DNA of 52,572 bases, the filler included, from Streblomastix strix (lineage: Eukaryota), in the NCBI GenBank assembly GCA_008636045.1. It is 2 parts of 2 records of this genome, joined end to end, with 100 filler letters (N's around TTAATTAATTAA, not from the genome) between each part and the next. Parts side by side here need not be neighbours in the genome. Positions count along the whole stretch, not along the records: positions 1 to 26,241 come from SNRW01000173.1; 1 more part is not named here. One strand, written 5' to 3'. Numbering within the stretch: position 1 is the first letter of the stretch; each line of letters opens with the position of its first letter. The translations under genes and the position numbers were made by a program. The notes below the pieces were generated by a model, which made no database searches, had not been told where the DNA came from, and saw only the letters and a list, made by a program, of their open reading frames with translations. This document shows positions 1-14,770 of the stretch, piece after piece.

Positions 1-1938
1 AAAAATTAGTGAAAATTTTACCAAAAAAAATAATTACTTTAATATATTCCTATATTATTCAATTTTTTTGTTTCTAAAATTAAAAAAATTAACGTACTTG
101 AAAATAGAATTATATATTTAAATATTTGCTTTAATTAAATTATTAAGAATTATGAATATTTCAACTTATGATATTGCTATAAGAGAGAAAGATTAAAATA
201 TAGATTATATATTTAATTTTTCATCATTACTATTTATAAATCCATATAGATATTGTAGATGAAAACTAATTTGATTTATAATTTCACTAAATTCTGAAAT
301 AGGATTTGCGTATTTTGCTTAAATTTGATTAAAATAACAATGAACACCTTTTTTGATATGATTCCGCGGTAAAAGATGATAACATGCTTATTAGACAAAT
401 AACTCAATAATAGTTATTAAGTGTTATATTAGTAACAAAAACTTGCCTTGCGGTCAAATAAATGTAATTTTCTAAGTCAATTTTATCAGAAATATCTATC
501 AATTTATTTCTTGCTTTGTCATTTTAATTTAATACAATATCATCTATTTTTTCATCAAAAAATAGATCTGTTTCAATATTATCATAACAGAAGCTCTGAC
601 CAATATTACTAGTATATATATCAAATTTCAAATATTTTAATTTTGTTTGGGTATTTATTGAATAAATTACTTTCTTATTTATAACATTGTTTATTTTATT
701 CCTAGAAATATAAATTTTTCAATTATGTTTTATCCTCTTTTTAAATAATAATCCGTCATTTTCAGATATAATATAAGAAACACAAGAATTATTCATAATA
801 TCTATTTATTTATTTTTTTATATCTTTGAATAGTTATCAATAAATTGTGTTTTTTCTACTTTTACTTATAATAATATATCATCTTAAAAATTTATACAGG
901 TTTCAACTCTTGCTTAAGGTTCTTCTTTTGTATAAGTGGAATTGAAGCATTATTATTATATACGAGTATTATTTATTAATTGCATTGAATACGAGGTTAT
1001 CAACCCATTGTGATTATTTACCCGTATATAAAGAGAGGGAGTAGAAGGCTTATTAAATAATAATTATTAATAACTTTTTTTAGTTTATTCAGTTTTGCTT
1101 AGTAGGACATATTGAAGATTGAACGTTTCATACATCCACTATTTTAGACTTTATTTATAATTAAGCAAACAAATAAATGAGAAAAATATGAATAAACAAA
1201 TAAAAATGAAAAATAATAATATGAAAACTTGATTGAAAATCTTCACATATGTTCTTTTGAGTACACATCTCACATCTGGCCAAAAATTAAAGTTATCATT
1301 CAAAATATTCATACAATTATTATTAATAATGGATTATAATATAATTCTTTGGTATTTATTAATCTTATATTAATAAATAGAATAGAATAAAAATTCAAAC
1401 AATGAAAAGTGAAAGCAAAAAATGAGACTGTTTCATCATTATCAAGATCTTTTAGCGACATATAATCAACATAAACTCATAACATAAATCAGTGTAAGAG
1501 CAAAAAAATTATTAGTACAAACCCTTTTGTTTGATTCTGGAATGAACAGTGAGTACGCCTGTATCAAGATGCTAACGTGAATATTCAGTCATCTTGTGAT
1601 ATAGATGAATTTCACCTTTAAAATTCATATCTGCGATTCATAGATAAATTCAAAATAAATTTGATTATATCTGATTAAATTTTAATTTTTATAAAATTTT
1701 TAATAATATATGTAGTTAAATTTCAAATTAAATATTCATTGATAGCGCGAATTGTTGTACAATTTCTATAAAATGTCTTTTAAGCAATATGTAAATGTTC
1801 AGATTTATAGAAAAAAATAGAAAAAGCAAATATATATCAGTATGAAAAATAATATTTTATTATGACTAATAAAAAGCACTATAAACGAGTTGATATTTTC
1901 ACCATAGTATCTGCAATGCGACGCTCGGCCGTTGAAAA

Positions 1939-1971
1939 GGTTGGGGGGGAGATAGGGGGGGTGGGGGGTGG
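1939..1971 (+). other. G-run tract with G-quadruplex potential (C-rich mirror 24271-24303)
   Basis: GG-TT-G7-AGATA-G7-T-G6-T-GG in an extremely AT-rich background. Confidence 0.6.
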
Positions 1972-2592
1972 AGAAAATAAGTCCTTTTTTTATATTTTTA
2001 TTGTTATATATTGGGGGAGGATTGGTAAATTTTGGTCCATTTTTATATTTATTTTTATATTTATTCATGTAATTATTTAGAAATGTAAGTTATATTGTTC
2101 TGGGTTCATTTGGAGTATAGAAATACAGGGTTTTGTTTTGGAAAAAAACTAAAATTAGTTATTGTTTGAGCTTTAATATATAGAAATACAAAATTGTACA
2201 CAAACGTTATCTCAGGATTTGGTGTTTATATTCTTGATTTTATTGCAAAATAAACAGTAAATGAGCAGGAATTCGACAAAAATCGATCTATGATTAAGAT
2301 CAATTTCGATATTATATACTAAATGGAATATTATTGTAATAGTTAAAAATATTGGGAAAGTGATAGTTGTTTAGTTGCATGCCCATAATAGCGCGTACAA
2401 TTTTGATTTTACAAAAATCAAAAATAATTCGCCAGCCTAAGCAAACTATTTTTTTTTAGTAAAGATGAATTTGGTAAAATATGGTAGACTGGCTCATTTT
2501 AAGGTTTGGTTAATTCACATTTGATAAAATATGATATAATTGAGCAGGAAAAAAAGTTTTTTTATTATAATACAATTATTATTTTTTCCAAC

Positions 2593-3363
2593 TCAATATC
2601 TACTTTTTCTCATCATTGTGTTACTTGCAAATATATCCTCAGTATTTTCTCCTGGATCAGAATCATCAATTCGCATTGGAGCACTTTTTGATCTCGCTAC
2701 TGATTTATATGCACTATTTCGACCAACTTGTGGTGTTTATTCTTATGTTCCCATCTTCAAGTCCCAGTATCCTATAAATGTATATGTATTAAAAATTGCA
2801 AAATATAAATAATATTTATATTACACTATTCTACATATTATAAACCTTCAGGAGTAGGTTATCGAGCATCTTTTTTTCCTTTAGTTTGAACATGCGGAAA
2901 TACAACAGCTGAAGCATTACGTGTTGTGTGTAATCGTTAGAAAAGAGATTGTTATCTCAAAGCGGTGGTCTTTTATTCTACTCTGGCTAAACTTGCTTCT
3001 ATTTATTATTGGGCATGTTCATATTTATCCTCAATGATTTGATTCACACGTTCGATGTTTTTATGGACATTATCTGACGTTCGGTATTCATTGCAGTTAT
3101 CGTCTATTTGCATCATAGTTTCTTATGAATCGTGTAATTAATGGAATGGTACTGGTGATTGAGACAGGTCTATGTTTATATATTACGTTTCCTGCGGTTA
3201 TACGGCTGGGATAATTGAGTGTATGGTAGTGAGGATTGGAGATAATAATAAATTAGGAGAAGGTGTGCATTCCATTTGTTCGAAGTTCCTCATTCTCCTG
3301 CTGTATCTGGGAAATTTGTTGTTTAAGATTGGCATTCTCCTGCTGCAACGCAGTGGTATTCAT
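2593..3363 (-). CDS. CtIP/Ctp1-like gene, mirror copy
   Basis: Palindromic mirror of 22879-23649. Confidence 0.45.
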
Positions 3364-3589
3364 CGTGGTCAATTTAGTGCCTTTACTATCAAATGAGTAT
3401 TAAATAAGTAATTGCAAGTAAAATTAATGTATTACACACCTGGTCTATTTATAAATAGCGCGATTTGTTATACATTTTTCTGTAAAATGCATTTTAAGCC
3501 ATAAATAGCAGTTCAGATTTTTAAAAAAATAGAAAATTGCAAATATACATCGTTGTATAAAATAGTATTTTATTATGATTAAATAAAAA

Positions 3590-3662
3590 AGCGCCAAGTG
3601 GGACTTGAACCCACAACCTTAAGATCTGCAATCTCACGCAAAGCCAATTTTGCTTTTGACGC
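3590..3662 (-). tRNA. trnC: tRNA-Cys(GCA), mirror copy
   Basis: Palindromic mirror of 22580-22652. Confidence 0.88.
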
Positions 3663-3878
3663 TTTAGACGTAGAATATCGTGTGATATATATCAATTTGT
3701 TACAAATGATTAATTTTTATAATTCATTATAAATTTCACTCAGATTTGTATTATCAATTTTTCAATAAAATATTGATTAAAATTCAAATTATTTTTCTTT
3801 TGAGTAATCATTTATTATATTAATTAAGATTTTAAATTATATTTTTGAACTAGATATTTTTATTATTTTAATATATTA

Positions 3879-4099
3879 TATTGATTGATTTTCAAAATTA
3901 TTATTATTTTAATAAAAATTTGGTCCATCATTGAAGTTTCAGTTTTTTTTTTAATTATTTTCAAAATATTATTTTTATAGCACTAATTCGTCCCAATTAA
4001 ACTAGTAATAGGAGTGAAAGACTTTTCATTAATCATGATTATACAACATCAATTTTAAACAGTAAGAATTTTTCTAATGTTAAAATTGCATAATCTTTC
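3879..4099 (+). repeat. Terminal inverted repeat, left-arm element (outer end; mirror 22143-22363)
   Basis: tattgattgattttcaaaatt...gcataatctttc is the reverse complement of 12580-12800, with one mismatch seen (cattaatcatg vs catttatcatg). Confidence 0.9.
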
Positions 4100-4948
4100 T
4101 ATAATTTCACAAATTGTATAGATTCTTGTAAATTAATTCTCAATTATTGAATAATATTTATTACATTTCTGATCAATAATATACAATATCAGTAGTTATG
4201 TGAAAAAGGAGAGTAGATATGAGAATATGGACAGTACCCCACATAGAAAAGTAAAATAAATAATGTTAAATAAAATAATGAATATAAAATAATGAAAATA
4301 AATAATAATAATAAATAATAATAAATATTTAATGTAAAATAATAATATACACTTGATTAAAAATTAATGATTATATGATATTGAATATAATTATTGGAAT
4401 TGATTAATGAAGTTGCTTAATGAATTGATTAATGATGTATGATTTTTGAACGTATGGCTCTCTTCATATTCTCATAACTACATAGGAAAATTGATAGAAT
4501 TGATTATTGGATTTGAACATTTGAATCTAATTATATTCGGAAACCTAAAATTATTGGTGAATTCATTAGTGAAACCTATAAATAATTGAATATATAATAT
4601 ATATATGTATATATGTATATATATAAATATGTATATGGTGGATTGGATGGATTAAGCCGTAAAACATTAATGAAATTTATGAAATTGGCACGAAGAAATG
4701 GAACAGATAATAAATGGCTTATGACTGGATCGTGTGGATTGGGTGGATTGAGTCAAAAACTTTTATAAAAAGCTATGGCTAACTGGACAACTGGCCAATA
4801 GATGAGAAACATTGATAAAAACCTAAGCATTTTAAACATAATTTTATTGATATTTTATAGGCTGGCCAATTAATTAGATTGAGTGGATTTAATGGATTGA
4901 GTCGAATTTAATGAAATGGCCAATAACTGAGAAAAATAATAAATTTAT

Positions 4949-5293
4949 TCAAATGTTAATGTCATCGTTGATTTGTTCGTTGTTGTCTTCATTAGCATCT
5001 TCGTTTGTGTCTTTTTTATTGTCAAATTTTTTAATTAAATCATTTACAGTTATCAAATCATTAATATTTAAGATTATTTTTTTAAGTTTTTTAAATATTA
5101 ATAATTACATATCATTTATTTTTGAAGCATAATTTGTTTAATTTTATTTTTATCTAATTCGTGCATTTTTGCGTTGTTCTCTAGCAGCAATCGTTGCCTA
5201 TTCTTTATCAGTATATTTCTTTGGTCTTCCTTATTTCGCTGAAGCTGTTGATTCCGTTTATGTTGATTCATTGATTGCTTGATTATCTGCCAT
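4949..5293 (-). CDS. AT-hook protein, mirror copy
   Basis: Palindromic mirror of 20949-21293. Confidence 0.75.
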
Positions 5294-5346
5294 TTTAAAT
5301 TAAATAAAGAAATTGAAAAATATATAAATAAATTTTTATTTTTATT

Positions 5347-6735
5347 TCATCTAAATAAAAACTCTGTTTCATAATATTCTGGTATAGATTCTTTATTTTC
5401 ACTTACATATTTACAATAATATGAAGGTATTTTGATTATATTTATTTTATAAGAATGATTTAATAATTTGCATAAAACGTTACCATTTACGTATCGAATG
5501 AACTCTGCTAACTAATTAAAATTTATCCTATATTTTATAAATTTTTATTATATTTTTTAGAAATCAAGATGTATTTGAATTATACTTCCAGTATTAAATG
5601 ATATTATGCTCTGTTATTGTAGTTTTGCTAAATATCTCTCCAATTTTTTCATTTATGAACGTATTTATTATCCTTCTAAATCTCTTAAAAATTGTACTTA
5701 ATATGGACTATATTTATTTTGAAACGCTAGATGTGGTGTATTATTGCATATATCAACGAATATTTTCAATTATTTGTTCGTTGAAAATTAATTAAATTTA
5801 TAACCAAACACATTCCTTATTGTTCGAATAACTGAATCGACAATTCTATTATGATTAATGAATTTTGAATCAGTGAAATATCCAATATTTTATTCTATGA
5901 ACAAAATAAGAACCATTAAATCTTTTTTCTCCATCACCACGATTATTATTTACGTAATAGTTTTTTATTAATTTTTACAATTATCCAACTATGCATGCAG
6001 CTGATTTATTTATCGAAGGATATGCCTCTAAACATTTCGTATTAATGATTATGCAAAATAGATGTAAATGCGTTTTTCTTCTCCTTTCTCACTCATTTAA
6101 TAATTAATCATAATCAAAGATGGCTTCATCTTATTCATCGTTGTTTTCCTTCAAGTCTTAATCAACAAAAAAGACCGTATTTATTTCTCAACTTCTTAAC
6201 TTTGGAGAGAAATAAGGCCGTCGTAGTCTTTTTAATGGTTTTAATTTATAATTTTCATCGGTAATTATTCACCTTTTTAATTTAAAATATATTTTTATTT
6301 ATTGATTATTTCAAACAATTTTAATTTTGTTTTGTAAGATAAATAGGTTATATATTCCTCATCACCACTTTAAATGGGTGCGGATTATTGGCTGGATGAT
6401 TGAAAGCTTATATCCAATTGTTTATTTTTTTATTTATTCTTTTATTTTACTGGATCATATTACGACTAATCTGAAACATAATAATAGTACCAATTTGCAA
6501 CTGTTTTTTTTCCAATAACTAATTCATCAGCATTTTCTGCCATAACATCAATATATTTCTCCTTTACAATTCTTAAGATAATTTTTATGAACTCTGATAG
6601 ACTCATTTTATAATGAACTTTATATGCTTTATCATCTATATCATATTATACTTCAAATTCATATTCTTCTCTTCGATATTATTCACCTGCAAAAGTCCTA
6701 AGTATATCCTCATTCAAACTATTTTCGTTTTACAT
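5347..6735 (-). pseudogene. rve integrase, mirror copy
   Basis: Palindromic mirror of 19507-20895. Confidence 0.82.
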
Positions 6736-6890
6736 TTATTTCTTACAAAAATAAAACAATTTTTATTCAATTCACCGACGAAATCAATTAACAAATTGGC
6801 CAATTGTCCTGTTGGTCACAGATTTTTGTAAAAATCTCGACTCAATCCATACCATTCACTCGGTCCAGTCAAAAGCAATTCATTAACGAA

Positions 6891-9800
6891 TCATTAATCC
6901 GTACCTCTTTCAATTAATTCATTAAAGTTTTTGCTGTTATTTTTCTCGAGTATACAATAATCTGAACTCAATTGTTATCCATTAATATATTGAAATAATG
7001 CATAACACTAATTTTCCAGTAAAACAATTTTATTATGAATTGATATTAAACCAACTTTATTTATTTGTATTTTTGACAATTATTTACTTCTTTAACCGAG
7101 AATAATATTTTGAGCTTAAATTTATTCGCCATTTAATGATTTTTTGAATGCTTTATCGTTTAATTATTCAATTTATTTTTAATTTATTCCTTTTAAACAA
7201 TAATTATAATCCTTTTCATTCTCATTAGGTAGAATATTTTTAATGTAATGAATTTTTGGAGCTAAAACAAAACAAGCCGTTCCTTTTTCCTCATAACTGA
7301 CTCCGAATAATTGTTCTTATTAATCGCGGAAAGGAGGATAATTTTCATCGAAGAACTATTGATTTTTATTACGTATTTAAACTTCTATCTGTATCCCTCC
7401 TCGGCGAATTATGATTATCCTTAAGCATCAATGGCAGCATTAGCGGTTGCTCCTTACATCGTTAAGCTTCTTCCATTAAAGGGACATGTCATCGAGTCAG
7501 TATCTACACAGATATAATGCATTCTGTTCATATCGAAAGCTTTGGCCATAAAATTATAGATAAAATTTATATACCAATATTTGCTATTATCAGGAACGAA
7601 ATACGCAGAATGTAGGCAGGTGTTGTAGTTGCTGCTCTCAGCATTAAATTATACAGCGTAAAAATCCACTGTTAATTATTAATCATTAATGAATGAACCT
7701 TAGAGATGAGACAACCACGTCCTATCAGTGCTCAACAATTTCGTTTGTAAATTTTTTTCTTAATTCATTCCATAACTTCTATAGCTTGAGTTCATAGCAA
7801 ATTTTAGAACTATTATTTTCCATTATTTTTTTCATTTATGGCCTATATTCTTTGATTTATGAATTCGTAAACAAATGAATTGAATCTATCGTGCTTCGAG
7901 AATGTTATAACACATTAAATATCGTCAATAATGAAATGAAATTCATCAATGAGAAGCTATTAATAATAATTATTGAACGACATGAACCACCCATGTGTCG
8001 ATGATAAATTTATTAATTTTCGTTCAATTTTACCGTGCAAAATATTATTTTTCAGCTGCAGATTATACATATAAGACCATAACGTTTTTTAATCAGTCTT
8101 AATATTTATGTTTCTTAATATAGGAAGAAAATTAATGAAATCATTTACATGTTATTCGTCGATGTGCCCTTTAATAACTGCGATAAATAAGGGCTTTCCT
8201 TCAACATCATTAAATCGCAGAGGATTATAAATTAAATTTCTTGCTGATTATTTATCAGTAATTTTATCTAATATTTGCCCCGCCATGAACATACGGCCGC
8301 CCGCATATTTGATGAACTTATGCGGCTCTGAGCTCATAACGCTAGGATATTAGCAGTTGAAATCAAGTCTTAATAGATGGGTCATAATGTGGTCTGTGTC
8401 TTAGCTGATGACTTTTCCATTAATAAATTTTAATTAATTGATTTTAGTTTCACCTGCAACATTATAGCGATGCATGACTTATGATAATCCACCTGTGATA
8501 CCAGAACGTAAAATTTAATAAACTTCTTCATCGGTTATAGTCATTGGTAAATTTTTACAATAGCAGAAATTTTTTAATTGTATTAATAATCTTGTTAAAT
8601 TTTCGTCAATATTTGATTTAAATTTATTACAGAATAAGCAGCACGGTTTCACGTTTTCTGCAGAATGGCCCCTGTCATTATTGATTCTATCTAATGTTGG
8701 TGGATTCTTGCTTGTGAATCGTGCCTTACAAATATGGCATCCTGTCGATAGAAATAATTTTCTGTAGAACGCACAATCTGATTCTTTGATGTTGTTGCTT
8801 GGATCTCTATTTCTTTTTTTATCTTATTCCTGATAATTTTAAACTTTAATATTCCAATAATTTTAGGTAAGCACAAATGAAGCACAATCATCTTTTGGCG
8901 TGTAATCTTAATCCAGTTTAATGTCGAAATATGCAAGAGCATATTTAATTGCATTAGCGCATGCTGACAATGACATAAACTACAGCATGTCAATTTTATA
9001 ATTAAAGAACATTTCAATTAAGTAATCGAGCGGCTTAATCATTAATCGAGTATCTTAAAAGTTGTAGTGTCGCAGGTAGTCCTACCTGTTCGAAAATTAC
9101 TAAGCAATAGATAAATAATTTAAATATTTCTCTTCACTTATATTTTTATTTTTAATTGTATTATTAAATGTTTCTTAGGGAAATGGTTAAGGATTATTTA
9201 ATATTTCATTATAATTGTCGAAGTTGATGAATTCAAAAGGAAACTTTAACTTCGATTGAATTGCTGATGCTGTTGCTGACGTTTCCGTTGATGTTTACGT
9301 TGTTGTTGCAGACGCTTTAGGTGTGAAATCTTTTATAAATTATTTAAATTTCATTTTTGTTGAATAAATCATTGCATCGATGAATCTTGATTTAATTCCT
9401 GATATGTTATGTTTAACAATGATTTATTTAGCGTTTGAACTATTACCAAGATATTTTATGATTTGCTATTCATCGCTTTATAAATTTTTAAGAATTAGAG
9501 CCACATCGAATTTTGAAGAATTGAAGCCAATTACAGGAACCTCATAATGCTATGGTATCGTCTCATCTTCATATTTGTTTTAATCTATAACTTTTCTGGC
9601 TTCCTTAAACAATTATTTAATCCATTCATTAATAAAGGTAGGGGTTCGTATGTCAAAGTAAATCGAATAAATTTGATCATCAGAACCTACTTCATCAACT
9701 TCGATTTTTTTTTATTTTTTATTTTTATTGTGCTTGCAATCGAAAGAGGTTCATGTATTGAAATTTATGTTGAATTATCACCAAATTATTCATTGACGAT

Positions 9801-11471
9801 TCTTTCAATGGTTTTAATATCATAAGTTATATAATATTTAGTAGGTTTAAATTCATCCTCTCGACCATGCGCCAGAAGATACCTATAGCTAATATTATTC
9901 AATATATGTGAAACGTATGGCCTTGGAAATTTTTCTAAATATACTTTTTTTATCATCTTTCCTCCATTTTTTTACCATTTTTATATATGCCTTTGTAGCT
10001 TTGATTATAAATTTGAATCTCTGGTCTTATAAGCCTGCACACCACAGATAGGACAATATTTTAAACAAGTCAGTGCCTCAACATCATTTATATAAAAAAC
10101 GTGAGCTGTTTATAATTCGTTAAATGTATCGGTTATTAAAAGAATATTAAAATCTTTAGTTTATTCGTTCTGTTCGTTTCTTCTATATTGCTTTCATAAA
10201 CAATAACTTTCAGAATTGGCTGATGCTGTCGTTGAGGTTGCCGTTGTATCTTCATAAGCGAACAAAATTATATTTAAATTTTCATTCTAAATAAATTAAT
10301 CTGCTTCTGTTGCAAAATTAAACCCATTATAATTATCACCTATTTTCTTGCCATTGATTCTTTAAAATAATCGTTTAGTTTCAGCAATACGTGAATGTTC
10401 CTTATGACGTTTGGCCGCCACTGAACCCTCTGCTTTTATATCTGGCATCGTAATAAATGAATAAGCTAGAAAGAAACATAAATTTTAATTATTTTTCTCA
10501 GGGTCAATATATCGAATCTCTCGCCTCAAAATATGCTTCTTTAATGATGGTATTGTTCGACCGCCTCCAGCTCCTGCATGTGGTAGTCTAAACACCTAAA
10601 TCATTATTGCAAATATACCTACTATTTTCTTTTTGGTGTCCATGATGGTTTTCTCTTACATTTGAATAATGTGGTTTCTAATGAATCTTTTATACTCAGC
10701 TAAATCTAAGTGGGTGCGTATAGTCGTTGGAGCTCTCATCTCTGTTTTAGCTTCAAGGAGATGATTAATTTTATAAGTTATTTATTAATCGTTTTCCTAG
10801 CCATCAACTCGTTCAATAATAACTCCAAAATCAAATGCAATTTTGAAAGCAAATTTTTATTTTTTTTGATATATTTCATCTAAATAAGCATCGACATCTT
10901 CAATCGTTTTCAAATCATTTTTATAATATTCTTTTGTTGGGCTGATAGTATGAACATAAAATGTGTCATATTTTACATGCTGATTCAATAAATATTTTCG
11001 CACAAAATTTATTTTTCTTTCATACTCTTATTCGAGTTGTAGCTCATATAACATAATCGCGCTCTATAGGACGTTAAGAGCATCAATTGGCCTAAAAATC
11101 TTGCCCTCATTTTCTTCATTAAATTATTTTATTTCATCTTTAACATTTTTAAATACATCTTCATTCAATTTTTATTTAAGGTTTATTTTTTATTCTTTAA
11201 TTTCTTTTAATAAATTTGCATGTCTGACTCGCTAATCTTCCCCTATTTGCTCCCATTATTAATTGTACTGTTTGCTCTATTCGTCTTAAGCGTTCATTTG
11301 CTATTTGTTATTCTATTCTTGCATAAATTATTTAGCATAAGCATCACCAATAATTTATTCATTTTGAAGGCCTATCTAAGCATCTTATCTTATTCGTTAT
11401 GCAAATGATCTTGATTATAACATTGCATTTCTAACAAATTCTATATGTTTTTGAGCACGTTTTTATACCAT
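6891..11471 (-). pseudogene. polB: Protein-primed family-B DNA polymerase, mirror copy
   Basis: Palindromic mirror of 14771-19351. Confidence 0.92.
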
Positions 11472-12579
11472 ACTTTCATAATTAATCAAAAATATCTATT
11501 CATATCTAATAAAAATTTATTTATCAACTATTAAACTTTTTTTTTAATTTTATTATCTTATTATTACAAAAAAATGAGTTTATAATATTATTATATATAC
11601 AAAAATTATATTAATATTACCAATTGAACCCCAAGTTTAAATCATAATTTAAAAAATTACGATTATTAGTTGAAATTTTTTAATAAAATAAGCATAATGA
11701 AAATACCTATATTTCATAATTTTGAAAATTGATATATTTATACAAAATCGATTAATTCATTGTTAAGAAAAACATTTTTAAAAACATTTTATAAGACATT
11801 AACTGTAGCCGACAAAAAACATATAAGAACAAAATTTTTTATCTAAACCCCATCCTTTTCAACGATTAACTCACATTTTCAACAATTTTATGATTAATGT
11901 AAATATGTATATATATAAGACTAACAGCAATTAATATCTTAGTAATATAGTACGAAGAAATTTATCCATTAATTAGTTTTTCTAACAGATTAAATTAATT
12001 CAAAAACGTATATTTTTGATTTAAAATCCTTAAAAATAAGCAAAATTAAACTATTTTTAATAGAAAACCAATAGGAATTATTATTTTTTCAGTGAAATTA
12101 TTTCTAAAACTAAATTTTAAATATTAAAAATATTCATAAATGGGAATGGCCTACAGTAATTATTAGGCTTAACACCACATTTTGCTATCAATTTTAAGAT
12201 GAAAAGCGAAATTTAGATTATTTTCCATATAAATACTCTTCTAAAATAAAAAACGTTAAAGATTATTTTATCTTTATTTTAATTCTTGTCCCAAAATTAT
12301 TTTATATTTTTTATTTTCATTAATTTGTTTTATTTGTTTGTTCCGTTAAAGTATCTCTCGCATCATCTGTTAATTTGTATTGATTGTTTCATTGATTATT
12401 TACGTTATTGCTAGTTTCCAAGCGAGCATATATTTATTTGAATTATACGCTTTAATATCTTTAGAACTTGCAAATATAAATTTATTATAAAATATATTGT
12501 CAAATTTTGCAAAATCAATATCATCATTAATTGAATAATAATATTTTCATAATTAAATTTTATTTTTTTTAAATTTATC

Positions 12580-12800
12580 GAAAGATTATGCAATTTTAAC
12601 ATTAGAAAAATTCTTACTGTTTAAAATTGATGTTGTATAATCATGATAAATGAAAAGTCTTTCACTCCTATTACTAGTTTAATTGGGACGAATTAGTGCT
12701 ATAAAAATAATATTTTGAAAATAATTAAAAAAAAAACTGAAACTTCAATGATGGACCAAATTTTTATTAAAATAATAATAATTTTGAAAATCAATCAATA
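12580..12800 (-). repeat. Terminal inverted repeat, left-arm element (inner end; mirror 13442-13662)
   Basis: Reverse complement of 3879-4099; ends directly at the GGGTTGTTGG repeat at 12801. Confidence 0.9.
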
Positions 12801-12940
12801 GGGTTGTTGGTGAAACCAAAACCTGTGGTGAAGTCAAAACCGCACTTTTTGATTTCTATATATTTTAAAATTTATATCAAAATTTATATGTATTTTGAAG
12901 TCTACTTTTGAAATATATGTTGGTTAAGTTATGAAAGATA
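12801..12940 (+). repeat. 140-bp truncated copy of the MITE left end (mirror 13302-13441)
   Basis: Same 50-bp TIR (one mismatch) followed by ~85 bp that is a diverged copy of 12991-13075. Confidence 0.8.
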
Positions 12941-13301
12941 GGGTTGTTGGTGAATCCAAAACCTGTGGTGAAGTCAAAACCGCACTTTTTGATTTCTATA
13001 TTTTTTAAAATTCATTTATATATTTATATATGTTGTAAAGTATATATTTGGAATATATGTAGATTGGGTTAAGAAATACGTTTATTGGATTGCAATATAG
13101 TGTTTTATTAAAAAAAATTGAAAAAATTGAAATTTTTATTTTCGCGCATAATACGAATAACATTGTCTAATTATAATTAATTTACTATAAATTTAATATA
13201 ATATTAAAATTTATTTACAATTTATAAAAATATTAGTTTTCAATTTCATTAAAAAGTGCGGTTTTGACTTCACCACACGGTTTTGGATTCACCAACAACC
13301 C
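12941..13301. mobile_element. 361-bp MITE-like element with 50-bp TIRs at the palindrome centre
   Basis: GGGTTGTTGGTGAATCCAAAACCTGTGGTGAAGTCAAAACCGCACTTTTT (12941-12990) and its inverse (13251-13301, one extra C) enclose 260 bp of unique AT-rich sequence. TA lies on both sides; no coding capacity is evident. Confidence 0.7.
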
Positions 13302-14770
13302 TATCTTTCATAACTTAACCAACATATATTTCAAAAGTAGACTTCAAAATACATATAAATTTTGATATAAATTTTAAAATATATAGAAATCAAAAAGTGC
13401 GGTTTTGACTTCACCACAGGTTTTGGTTTCACCAACAACCCTATTGATTGATTTTCAAAATTATTATTATTTTAATAAAAATTTGGTCCATCATTGAAGT
13501 TTCAGTTTTTTTTTTAATTATTTTCAAAATATTATTTTTATAGCACTAATTCGTCCCAATTAAACTAGTAATAGGAGTGAAAGACTTTTCATTTATCATG
13601 ATTATACAACATCAATTTTAAACAGTAAGAATTTTTCTAATGTTAAAATTGCATAATCTTTCGATAAATTTAAAAAAAATAAAATTTAATTATGAAAATA
13701 TTATTATTCAATTAATGATGATATTGATTTTGCAAAATTTGACAATATATTTTATAATAAATTTATATTTGCAAGTTCTAAAGATATTAAAGCGTATAAT
13801 TCAAATAAATATATGCTCGCTTGGAAACTAGCAATAACGTAAATAATCAATGAAACAATCAATACAAATTAACAGATGATGCGAGAGATACTTTAACGGA
13901 ACAAACAAATAAAACAAATTAATGAAAATAAAAAATATAAAATAATTTTGGGACAAGAATTAAAATAAAGATAAAATAATCTTTAACGTTTTTTATTTTA
14001 GAAGAGTATTTATATGGAAAATAATCTAAATTTCGCTTTTCATCTTAAAATTGATAGCAAAATGTGGTGTTAAGCCTAATAATTACTGTAGGCCATTCCC
14101 ATTTATGAATATTTTTAATATTTAAAATTTAGTTTTAGAAATAATTTCACTGAAAAAATAATAATTCCTATTGGTTTTCTATTAAAAATAGTTTAATTTT
14201 GCTTATTTTTAAGGATTTTAAATCAAAAATATACGTTTTTGAATTAATTTAATCTGTTAGAAAAACTAATTAATGGATAAATTTCTTCGTACTATATTAC
14301 TAAGATATTAATTGCTGTTAGTCTTATATATATACATATTTACATTAATCATAAAATTGTTGAAAATGTGAGTTAATCGTTGAAAAGGATGGGGTTTAGA
14401 TAAAAAATTTTGTTCTTATATGTTTTTTGTCGGCTACAGTTAATGTCTTATAAAATGTTTTTAAAAATGTTTTTCTTAACAATGAATTAATCGATTTTGT
14501 ATAAATATATCAATTTTCAAAATTATGAAATATAGGTATTTTCATTATGCTTATTTTATTAAAAAATTTCAACTAATAATCGTAATTTTTTAAATTATGA
14601 TTTAAACTTGGGGTTCAATTGGTAATATTAATATAATTTTTGTATATATAATAATATTATAAACTCATTTTTTTGTAATAATAAGATAATAAAATTAAAA
14701 AAAAAGTTTAATAGTTGATAAATAAATTTTTATTAGATATGAATAGATATTTTTGATTAATTATGAAAGT

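Larger units (their letters stand above)
3879..12800 (-). mobile_element. Decayed Polinton/Maverick-like element (pPolB, rve integrase, AT-hook gene), left-arm copy
   Basis: 221-bp inverted repeats at 3879-4099 and 12580-12800 enclose pPolB and integrase pseudogenes. The outer ends are uncertain because the right repeat abuts a MITE fragment; no 6-bp TSD is visible. Confidence 0.85.

Noticed and set aside
1939..1971. Telomeric repeat
   Set aside because: Irregular G-runs without a periodic unit, and internal to the contig.
12801..13441. CRISPR-like array from the four 50-bp repeats
   Set aside because: Two direct plus two inverted copies, the 'spacers' are homologous to each other, there are no cas genes, and the context is eukaryotic.
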